Assembly (NCBI GenBank): GCA_046563655.1
Contig: CM102285.1
Span: forward strand, 558,001-622,000
Reading direction: 5' to 3'
Length of the DNA: 64,000 nt
Source: Yuukianura sp. NJ FZ-2021
Taxonomy: Eukaryota
The position numbers and the translations under genes are program-made. Below are positions 27,437 through 38,629 of this stretch, piece after piece; position 1 is the first letter of the stretch, and every line of letters begins with the position of its first letter. A model generated the notes under the pieces. The model was not told where the DNA came from. It made no database searches and saw only the letters and a program-made list of their open reading frames with translations.

Positions 27437-30400
27437 AACAGCGGAGGATTTTGTGCGAGTTAGGTTAGGTTAGGTCAAGTTTTTAAGCGACAACAACGAC
27501 GCGATGCCTTTGGCAAGTTAATTTTGCTTAACTAAAAGTATAAAGTATTGGTGAAGTACACTTTATTTGTAGGGTAGTTTGAAATACCAAAACAATTTTA
27601 ACCAGCATTCGCTGGTTTGGAAAAACTTAATATGTTGAACGTTTTACCTTTGAATTAGCAAGAGCATTATTCGCCATTTCGGGGCCTTTAAAATTTCATC
27701 GCATGCCAATGGAGCAGCGTGAGTAGTGTGGGGTAGTAATCACTTTCAGTTGGTGTGCAATTTTTGTTTCGATTATAATGCTTTAAATAGTAATTCTTTA
27801 AACGTACTTCACCTCGCTGCTATTAAAAATGTCAGCCTCACTTTCACACCTCCAGTCCTCACTGCTGAAGTCACTTCAATCAAACAACGAGTCCAAGTCA
27901 CTGAAGAAGCGATGGTGTAATAACCTGTTTCCAGGAAACAAATTGGTCTAACAAAAATTCAAATTCAGACAGTCATAAGCATAGACGATTTTCCCACGTC
28001 AGCATCAGTACAACATGGGGACGAGATATGAGTTTCATAGGCAGAAAATTTTCAAAGTACAGTGTTGATACTTCCAAATGACCTCAAAAATGATCTACGC
28101 AAACATAGTTCTGACACAGATCTGAACACCTTTTCATAATTTGGTGTAGAAAGCATTAAAACATACAGCATACATAAACAAGTAGATATTCTAAGAGCAT
28201 TGGCAAATTCGGAATCGGAATCAGTACCTGGTTCAACTTCTAATTCGGAACTTTCCTCGTTTAAGCATAATGCGATCCTGTTTGCTCAGAGAGCAGTTTC
28301 AGTGTTATGTGTGTGCTGCCATGAGAAGTTATTTTGTATATATATATTTATATTTATTTGTTCTAAATATTTTATATATTTTCGTTGGGCTCTGCGGAGC
28401 ATTGTTTTGTGGGTTTTGGTCTGTCGTAACTGCTGCATGAGTCTGCTGACTCAGTGATGGAGTCTGAAAGGTGAGGCTGCGGCCATTTTGCAGTGTGTCC
28501 GTAGCGCTGAGGCGTTACAGATGGCGACCGTTCGTGAGTGCTACAGTGACGACAAAGGTGAGGTCAAAAGGTCAAGTGTGGATTGGCCCAGAAAGTTGTG
28601 AAATTACAAAGTTGCTGTGGTAACTTTCTTTGTACATTACGCATCGGAGCCGTTCTACGCAGCTCCCTAATCGATCATTAAGCCACCGTTGTGGCTCTCT
28701 CCTGTTCATAAGGTCACAGATGACCGAAAAAAAACTCCCAAGTGAGTTACAATACAATTGACCCAGTAACCTAACCGACACAGTAATTTCACAATTCAAA
28801 ATATAAAAAAGTGAGATAAGGTATGAGATATGATTTGAACGGAATCGATGCCTGATCATCATTTTAAAGTGGTGATTTACATTACAGTGGATATTGTAAT
28901 TACAGTGGTGAGCATGCGCAGTTGGAGGTAACGTTGTAACTTTGCATTTTGCCGTATTCTACTTGTCCTTTTATGAAAAAAAGAAAAAAAAACACTTTTT
29001 TTGTTTTAAAATTTTCGAAATTTGAGACATTTAAGTTAACAGTACTTGGCAGTTTGAGAACAGGGTCTTCTTAATTGTTACTGTTTCAGCTGTCGTTTTT
29101 TTTGGGCCTTTCAAAACAGTTTTTTTTTAAATCTCAGGCATGTGTCAAACAACAAGAGCGCCATGTCATCTGTTCAAATAAAAAAAAACGATTCAACAAT
29201 GTCTTATTAAAAAGATCCCGCTTTCGTTTTGAATGTCAAAATGAACTTTAAGTTCAAGAATTAGAATTGATGAATTCTTGAGTTTTTTTTTTGTCCCTGA
29301 AGTGTGAAATCTGATTTTTTCAAAATTACACGAGTCATTTTACATTATTTTTAATTTTTCAGCGAAGTGCGGATCCAATCATTAGAAATTCCGAGAAATA
29401 ACTCTTCTTAATTTCTCTGCGACATTTTCGGCGTATTTCGATTTTCAGATACTCATTGGTAATAATGAGTCAGCAATTACTCAAAACAGTAAGCCAAATC
29501 TCGATTTGAGAAGTTAAATCCTTGGGAGATGCCGAAAACTCATAAAATGACATAACGGTATACTAGAAGACTTGAAGGAAACAACTGAACTTCGGATTGA
29601 TTGACAGGAAAATAAAACTTATTCACATTACAGTAAGACACAGAAACAATATTCCTTATTTAGCTGATGAGTGAGGAGCACAAATGGTGCTGGCTTGTTT
29701 AGGCCAACCGTCGCGTTGCTGAGGGCAACGGGCCCAAATTAAATCAATAAAGTGTCGATCGTTTGAAGCATAACTTATAGTAATGTTTTTCAACAATGTT
29801 AAGGTCTGTGTACTATTCCAGAACAGAAGCAAAAAAATTCGTTTGCGCAAGCGCAATACCCTTGGAGATATGCGAGTGATCTTGGGATGTTCGCGACTGA
29901 ATCTCATCTTGTCGGATCAGCGCGAGCCAAAGGTCAACCGGGTAATCCCCGGTAATAGGAGAAATGACCTGTAAAAAAGTTCATCTCATCGATATAAACT
30001 GTTTTATATAATGTGTAACCCCACGTGACCTCATTCCGTGTCAAAGGTTGTCGTAACCGTTTTAAGTTTCAGCAAAACGCATCGCACCTCTTTGCAAAGC
30101 AGTACGGTTGTCCACGGTGCACTGCGCTCACCTTTCGCTACTTCCCTTTAGGTTTTGCATCAATCCGGTTTAGTTTTTTGTTTGAATTGCTGCATTTTTG
30201 GTATTTCTAAGTCTAATTTCTAATGTCTACGTTATAATTTCGAAATACTCTGAATCTAAACTCTAATTGATAATTTTGAAATTTCATTATTGATGTTTCT
30301 GTTACGGGAAGACCTGCGATGATCATGATGAATGGGACGATTGAAGTTTGAAGTTATTGAAGTATTGAAAAAGAAATTTCAAGAATACTTTCGGAAAATC

Positions 30401-30470
30401 ACGACGACATCAAGGATTGAGGGAGACGAAGATTTGAAGTTCAAGAGAGATTTGAAATGTGGCGCCAAAT

Positions 30471-33400
30471 TCAAAGGCCACCGCCGCTGCGTTCAACTGT
30501 CACCGGACGCTGCTGCTGACGAATACGTTCTTCCTCCATTTCAGCCATTTTGGCAAACCTGGAGTTCACTACTGTTCCAGACTTTATAGCTGACATGGTC
30601 TGCAAAAAAAGAAACATTTTTGAAAAAATAGTTTCATAATTTTGAAAAAAATGTGAACTTTTTGAACTTTTTTTTAAAACTTACAGCCAAATACTCGTCG
30701 AGCTCCACTTGACCGTTCCGATTTGTGTCAATTTCACGCAGAATGTCATGGAGTACATCACCCGGGACTTTTTCACCGTGTCGCTGAAAATAGACCAATC
30801 AAAAACGTCGTTACTTTTGAGTAGGTTAATCATGCTTAAAGTTAGATTATGTTAATTAAAAGTTAATTATATTAATTAAATTAGATTAATTAAGGTTAAT
30901 AAAGGTTAGTTATGCTAATTAGATTAATTACTTCTAATCCTCGTCGGAGATCGTTGACAGAGATGTATCCCTTCTTCTCTTGATCCAGCGTCTGAAATCG
31001 CTTCGTGTAGATTTCCTTTTCTTCTTTGCTCAAATTCAGCGCAAGCGTCGCTGGCTCTTTGGTGGCAACATTCACACCTTTCCCCATTTCCTTGTTCAAG
31101 AACTCCTCAGCTAACTTGTACTGCCGCTGCAAAATGAAAAAGAAAAGTCAAAATTTTGAACATTCTTCTAGAGAATTTGAAATTGAAATTTTGAAAACTG
31201 ACCTCCTGTTCTGCCTTGGACCACTTCAGCTCCTGAGCCATGATTTCAATAATCTTTGGCAAAGCCTCTTCTGCCGCTTGGACATTCAGGAACGCAAGTC
31301 TCGTCCGTCGTGCAATCAAGTCCACTGCAGTACATGCGTATTCGTTGATAGCATACCGAACCTAGTCAAAATTTTCAAAATTTTGAAAAAGTTTTCAAAA
31401 ATGTTCTGAGAAATTGCATCCTTACTTCGGCATCGATGTAAGGAAATTCCGAATGAAGCCGATTGCCAACAATTGGCCAACGTTTGCCCGTGAGGTCAGC
31501 TAACTTGGTCACCGAAAATGCTCTGTCGCCGTAAGTACTGGCAAGATGCTTGGCAACTTCTGATTCTAATCCAACATCTTGGACAAGCCGAATGAAAAGT
31601 GTTGGCGACCAGCCATGCGCTCCTTCCAGTAGTAAGCCATCCGTCTGACTCCCACTCGTTGGTTTCAACTTGCAAGCTGAAGCCCAAAAATCAAAAAACA
31701 CATTTTTCTAAAAATTGGCGGGAAAATTGGAAATACTTGCAGCATCTAGACTCACCTTCCACGGCAGCATCAATTGTGTCAACAGCCATGGATCTATAGG
31801 TAGTCCATTTCCCTCCAGCGATTGTGACGAGTCCACGCGGACTCACATGTACGATATGATTTCTAGCTAGCGACTGCGTGTCGGGCTTGTTCGGATCCGA
31901 CACGAGCGGACGAATTCCTGACCAGGCCGACAGCACATCTCCTCTCCGAACTAAAAATTTCGAAATGTTAAAAAAACTGTTTTTCAAAAAAGTTCTAAAC
32001 TGAAAAATTTTCAAAAGTTTTCACCTTCTAGGTCAGGACTGAGGTAGTTCTTGACTTCATTCAAGATGAACTGTATATCCTTCTCAGACGGGGCTGGATT
32101 GTGTGAAATTGGACACGGCACGTCAGTCGTCCCAGCGATGGTCAACTTTTGCCAGGGTAGAAAAAATATCACTCGGCCATCGGAGGTACTCGGATCCAGC
32201 AGGCCCATTTCCTCTGGGCTGAAAACAAAATTCATAATTTCAAAAAAGAAGAAGTTTTTCAAAATTTTGAACCTTTTTTTTCAAAATTTTGAAGTCACCT
32301 GTAATATCCAGGAAGAACAATATGAACTCCGGCACTCGCAGCGCAGATTCCGGCAACAGTCGGGTCGTCCATTTTTCGAATGCTGTCGGTGAAGGGTCCA
32401 GTGGCATTGACTATACATTTGGCAGCGACGTTAAACTCTCTGCCGGTGACTTCATCTCGAACTTTGGCGCCAACTAATCTCAAAATCCCTTCTTCATCCT
32501 AAATTAAAAAAAAAATCAAAATTTTGAAACTTATAATTTTCAAAAATTTATTCCATCAGTTTACTACATTACCCGCTCTTTGATAAGATCCAGAACTCTG
32601 CAGTGATTGGCAATCGTAGCACCGTAACGCGTTGCCGTCAGAGCAATTGCCAGGTTCATCCTGGCGTCATTGTGTTGACCTGAAGTTAAATTTTCGAAAT
32701 GTCAATTTTTAAATTTCAGAATTTCGAAATTTCAAAATTTTGAGTTTCTTACCGTCGTAATACACTAAAGCTCCGACCAGTTTATCTTTGCGCAGCATCG
32801 GAAAGAGTTCCAGCGCCTTTTGCTTGGACAAAATGTATGAACTTTTGACACATTTTCTACCAGCGACTAAATCATAAGCTTTAATTCCCACCCAGAAGTA
32901 CGGCAGTTGCCACCATCTGAAACAAAAACACAAATTTTGAAAATTTTGAATCTGAAATAGAAATTTTGAAAGGTTTTTTTGTGTTTTGAGTAACTTACTT
33001 GTATACTGGTAGCATAATTGGCAGTGGATAAGAGAGATGTGGAGCGATTTCAAGAAGATTGGATCGTTCATGCAGCGCTTCTTTCACCATCCGATACTGC
33101 TCAATATCCAAATGCAAAAACGCTTTCTCCAGATACCGAACGCCTCCGTGGATCAACTTGGTCGAACGACTGCTTGTTCCAGACGAAAAGTCATCCAGTT
33201 CCACCAAAGCAGTTTTCAGACCTTCAAAATTTCCAAAAATTATACTTTTTCAATCCAACTTTTCCAAAATCGCTTCATCTTTTCCGAAATCGCTGAATTT
33301 CTTACCCCTTGACGTAGCATCCAGTGCACATCCAGCTCCGGTAGCTCCGCCCCCAATTACAAGAATGTCAAACGTTTCAGTTTCCAGCGATTTGAGTTGT

Positions 33401-33670
33401 TCTGCTCTCGTGGGCAAAGGTCTCTTGGATCTCATGTTCAGCGTATTCGCTTCAGCTGACACCGTGGCCTGGAAAGTTACAAAAAAAAACAGTTTTTTTT
33501 TTTAAAAAAAAAGTTCAAAATTTCGATTTTTTTTTCAAAATTTTCCTTACCTTGTTCTTGTACTCTTCTGCGATCCATGACGACAGCCAGTATGTACTGC
33601 CAGCAGCTCCGACAGCCACTGCCCCTAACCTAGCTAACCTCCTGAACTTTCCAAATCTCGAACTAGACAT
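30471..33670 (-). CDS. Gpo1: Mitochondrial FAD-dependent glycerol-3-phosphate dehydrogenase with C-terminal EF-hands
   Basis: Multi-exon. Presequence-like MSSSRFGKFRRLARLG; FAD motif DILVIGGGATGAGCALDA; GTSSRSTKLIHGGVRYL; AWSGIRPLV; IAGGKWTTYR; EF-hand EIDTNRNGQVELDEYL; C-terminus VTVERSGGGL* with stop at 30471-30473. GPD2 orthologue. Confidence 0.95.
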
Positions 33671-34577
33671 TCTGAATTTTACGAAACAGTTTTCGAAATT
33701 TCAATTAAAATTTTGAGACTAACTACTACATGGTGCTCCTCCAACCACGGTTGAAGCTGAACTGAGAATCTCCTGGCCTATTTCCTTCAATTGACGTCGT
33801 CGTTAATTACTTTTTCTAAATGAAACCTCAAACTAAACTTTATTGCTTGCTTTACCAAATGAGAGAAAAAATTTACTCACATTTTTTTTTCTCTGAACGC
33901 ACAGACAAAATGAAAGACTATGAAAAAATGAAAGCAAAAAAATTTCATTAAAAGTTGTGGCTTCCACCACACAGAATTCGTCTATAAGCCAAACCAAGTT
34001 TTATGTTTATAAAAAACGACCAAGGCAAAAAACAAGTTTCAAGTCTGGAACTCTGTGTGTAAAAATCTATAATTCCGAAACCTCGCCTTCCGACAGCCAA
34101 CTCCTCCACTACTCTTATACATTGGCATGGAAAAGCTTAACGAGATGAGGAATCCCTTACATATCATGTGGAGCATGCAACAACAACATGCATTTTAGTC
34201 ACATCTTCCATTTGAAATGTGGAAACACATGAAGGTGACCTCGACTTCCTACTTCGAGTAGCAGAGCATGTTGCAGTTTACAGAAGATTTGAATGAAAAT
34301 TCAAATTTTCTGTAAACTACAAAATTTTGTGAAGTTTGAAGGCACTTTTTTTTTACTAAAAAGAGTGACTCGAAAACTCTGAGCTTTTGGTGATAAAATG
34401 AAAACTGAATGTTTTTATCAACAAAAGTTAGGTTTTTTGATACGTTAGTTAGTGTTATGTTGCTTTTTTCCTAAGGAACAAAACTGTTTGAGATTTGGAT
34501 GGAGTTTGAGTAAAAATTGATATTGATAAACTGTTGTGCTACTTACATTTAGCAGTTGTACATTAAGTAAATGGAAT

Positions 34578-36214
34578 TTAACGATTTTGTTTCATGCCTT
34601 GCAGAATGAGGTCATCACACAGAGTGGACAGTTTCTTAATCTCCCCTGTCTTTTGAGTCACTTCGTTCTCCAGTCCTTCCATTTTCATTTCTGCACGCCG
34701 CAGTTGAGCACGGAGTCTTCCAATTTCGGTGTCCATGGCCTTGAACTTCCTCTCATAACTTTGAAACATGCTAAAGTTCAAAAATTTCAAAAAATAATCC
34801 ACTTTAGTTAGTATTGTTTTGATCATGGAATTCAAACTTTGGACTCCGAATTGCTAACTTTTCCAACTTGGTTTTGACGGATTCTTTAACTTCTTCCAAT
34901 TGAGCGTCACACTCTGTCAGTTTCGCGGTCATCGCCATGTCACGCTGAATCAAAAGGTCCTCATTTTTCCGGAAATTCTCAGCAACGCTTTTTAGCTGCT
35001 CGTATTTCCTGTTGAACCAAACCAAAAAACTCTAAAACTTTGACTTTACAGATACGTTAGGCTAGGCTAACGTAATATGTTAGTGACGTATGCACTACTA
35101 TTATCTTACGAGTTGATCTCAAAAGTGGCGGTTTGGGCATCGTCCAAATCCCGTTTCAGTTTTTCGTAGTCAGTTTTCATCACCAATTTTTCTTCCTCGG
35201 CAGAGTTTAATGCTGTTACGAGCACGTCGATTCGCAGTAAACTCTGAGTCAATTCAGTCCTAGAACAACAACACATGATAAAAAAATATGCAACAAATAT
35301 TTTTCAAAATAGATTTCCTTAAAAAAATTCTTTGTTTACTGTGTATCGCTTGGCATTCCCCTTTCCTGCTGTATTTCGCCAGATTCGACAGAATACGGGA
35401 TCCGGTGATTGGAATCGTTTGGCCTTTCAAGGACTTCGTCGACAGAATACGGGATCCGATGATTGGAATCGTTTGGTATTTCCTGGAGTTCGGGAGAATC
35501 AACAGAATACGGGATCTGATGATTGGAATCGTTTGGTCTTTCCACTTCCAGGACTTCGCTAGATTCGACAGAATACGGGATCATGTGATTGGAATCGTTT
35601 GGTATTTCCTGGAGTTCGCTTGTAGATTCGACAGAATGCGGAATCCGGTGATTAGAGCCTGGAAAGACCGGAGGAGAAAGGAGCTTCGTCACTAGGGGAT
35701 CGAATCGCTGGTAAAGCGAATCACGGTCCCAGCGACTGGCGACACTCGGCATATTTGCTGTGGAACACCCATTTCCACGTAAAAGTAAACGATCCCAGTC
35801 ATTGGCATTGGATGTATCAGCAAGCACTGAAACAAGAACAGAACTGTTACGTTTTTTAACTATAAACAAGTTACGTTTCCTTTTCGTTTTTGATAGATCA
35901 CCTGTGGCTGGTATGAAATCGTCATCGCAAGACCCTCGACCTGGCGGAGAAGCGAAGATGTTCAATCCAACGTTGTTGTCTTTGTCTGCAAGCACGTCAG
36001 ATTTGGAAGTATTTTGGATATGATTATGATTCTGAGGCGGTAGAGGAACTGCAAATGTAAATGGATCCGATTCTTCTGGATCAGCTGTGAATGTCCCATT
36101 CATGTTAACTGAATCGTAGTTTGGGGATTGTGGTAGAGACGTTAAAGATGAATTCATTGGATCAGAATCCTGAGCAGTGTAGAAACTGTTTTCGGAATCA
36201 GTGGGAGATAACAT
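34578..36214 (-). CDS. Small TACC (transforming acidic coiled-coil) family protein with internal peptide repeats
   Basis: RDSLYQRFDPLV resembles the TACC motif SLYLKFDPLL. Coiled coil KYEQLKSVAENFRKNEDLL and C-terminus MEGLENEVTQKTGEIKKLSTLCDDLI match the TACC domain. About 5 exons; ATG at 36214. Confidence 0.8.
35375..35660. repeat. Coding minisatellite in the TACC-like gene (5 units)
   Basis: Core GACAGAATACGGGATCCGGTGATTGGAATCGTTTGG starts at 35387, 35441, 35501, 35567 and 35630. Spacings 54/60/66/63 are all multiples of 3. Encodes PNDSNHRIPYSV(E/D). Confidence 0.9.
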
Positions 36215-36597
36215 CAGATCCAACTTGATAGTAGTGAGATTCAGAGAGAGCAGTGGTTCAGTGATGGCTCGGACTACTAATTGATTAGTAATCAATGATT
36301 ATAAATAGAGAGATGCTGATGCAATCCAATCCAATTTACTTGACGATTAATCGATAAACTAATTTAGGAAAACAAAAAACATGCATGAGAATGAGAAAAA
36401 AGCAAAACAAAAGAACTAAAAACGGAAAGAAAGGTAAAGAAAAGACACACAAAAAAACCGCTCCGATTTGAACTTTTTCCGCGCTTTCTCATTAGCCAGT
36501 CTCAAAAGGGCCTCCAAAATTTCAATATAAACTCTTACAGTTTAAGACATAAATTTTTTTTTTAAAATTGTCTACATAACTGGCAATCTATCTTTAG

Positions 36598-37430
36598 CAG
36601 GCCTGTCAAAAATATGTGCTAAAAACCACCAAAATATTTATTTAAATATGTATCAAAAACCGTGAAATATGGACTAACATATTTACTAAAAGTTCAATAT
36701 TTATGACTTTTAAAAAGGAATCGCAAAATTCCTGATGCTTTTAAGCCTGTGAAACTATAAATACATTTATGTGCTTGTCGGATAAAGCATGTAAAGGCAG
36801 GAGAACAATGTACGACGTAACCGTGAATTGTATTCCTTGAACCTCTACGCTATGTGCGTCAATATAGACTCAGGCATACTTGCCACCGACAAAATGGACA
36901 CGGCAAATTAAAATGCGGATACTGTTTTTTTTTTCGGATTCGGGTTTTCCTTCGGCTGACACGAACTCACATTCATTGGTCTATGAAAAGTATAAGGGGC
37001 TACTTAATACAAAAATTAAAACGCTTTTAATTAAAACAAACATAACAGGATTAGTTGTGGAAAAACATTTCTCATTGCATCCGCTCAGTGTATCGATTGT
37101 GTGGTTACAAATACCGTGGCGTACGGCACGCGCTGTAATCGAACGGGCGAAATTCTGTTTTACTTTGACCGGTTTCCTTTCTAGAAACCGCCATTTTTAC
37201 CGATCAAACGGATCGCCGCCCAGACATAGGTTAGGTTAGAGGAAAAAGTCCTAAAAGTCTTGAAATAGTCCGAAAACTGTCATTTTTCAGTTGTTTTTCA
37301 CAAAAAAGTGACGAAAAAGCGAAAATATGTACGTAAATATTTACTAAAAACGTAAATATTTTTTTCCGTCGAAAGCGCCTGAATATTTAAAAAATATGTT
37401 ATATGTAAGTACATATGTTTGACAGGCCTG
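36598..37430. mobile_element. Non-autonomous hAT-type DNA transposon
   Basis: TIRs CAGGCCTGTCAAAAATATGT and ACATATGTTTGACAGGCCTG; perfect 8-bp TSD ATCTTTAG at 36590-36597 and 37431-37438. Confidence 0.9.
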
Positions 37431-37578
37431 ATCTTTAGTTACTGACAATTTAGTTAATTATAAACTCAACTTATTAAGAAGCAAAGCTATTAAGTTTCTA
37501 AATCCTAGTTTGACTGATTTAATTGTGCAAATTATCTGTTTTTTTTATTTTGTGTATTATATTTACAATTTTTGGACT

Positions 37579-38326
37579 AGGTTACGTCGTACATTGTTCT
37601 CCTGCCTTTACATGCTTTATCCGACAAGCACATAAATGTATTTATAGTTTCACAGGCTTAAAAGCATATCTGCTCGTGCGGTGCTCCGGTGTCAAGTAAC
37701 GGTCTCCACGGTTTAAGCTGTAAGCGTAGCGCCGGAAGACACTCTCGTCACAACTCAGTCAACGACATAATCTTCAGAGCATTACAAACCGCTGGATTTC
37801 CTTCAATTAAAGAACCTGTCGGCTGCAGCAGATCCGATGGCAAACGGCCAGATGGTGTTACTCTCATTCCTTGGAGCTCAGGACGCTGCCTCTGCTGGGA
37901 CTTTACCTGCCGTGACACTTATGCAAATTCCTACCTCTCGACATCGTCTTCCCGCTATGGTCATGCAGCCGAATTAGCAGAGACACACAAACATCATCTC
38001 TATCGTGACCTAGAATCTCGCTTCGTCGTATCCATCATTGCCGTCGAGACATCAGGTGTATTCGGATCCGAAGGTCTTCGTCTACTAAAACAAATCGGAC
38101 ATCGGCTGTCAGAAGCATCTGGAGATAAACGAGCCTCGACCTTCTTCCTACAACGAATAAGCCTAGCTGTTCAACGCGGAAACTCCTGCTCAATCTTGGG
38201 AACCTTACCCTCAGGAAAAGATCTTTACGAGTTATTCATATTATAATCTAACTTAAATCCTACTTCTTTTCTCAACCTGCCTTTGGCAGGTGACTGTGAA
38301 AAAATTCGATAAATAAATGAAAAACT
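37579..38326 (+). mobile_element. 5'-truncated RLE-type (CRE-clade-like) non-LTR retrotransposon
   Basis: CCHC knuckle HICSCG...GLHGLSC, then RHNSVNDII and the restriction-like endonuclease DGKRPDGVTLIPW...WDFT...AE..K...AVETSG...QRISLAVQRGN. Stop at 38246, AATAAA, and 12-bp TSD AATTTTTGGACT at 37567-37578 and 38327-38338. Confidence 0.88.
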
Positions 38327-38629
38327 AATTTTTGGACTTGTATGGGTAATGTTAATAGTTACTTTTTAGTTTGCAAAAGCAAAGTACTACTCTTACTACA
38401 CTTTGAAATTTGACGAAGAACATATGCGAAGACATACACGTTGTGCTGTTGCCAGTGTTTAGCAAAAGCAGGAGTTTAGCGTCGAAGTGCAAATTTTAAG
38501 TTGCTTTTTCGGAAATGAGGTTATGGGAGTTTGTTTATCTATTTAACTTATTTAATTTCTAATTATTTCTAAATAATTCTAAAGAGTACAATTATTTAAA
38601 GAGAAAAGTAGATCTAAGCAAAGTAACTT

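Noticed and set aside
35375-35660. Repeat-spacer pattern resembling a CRISPR array
   Set aside because: Eukaryotic coding exon. The spacers are related to one another, all unit lengths are multiples of 3, and there are no cas genes.
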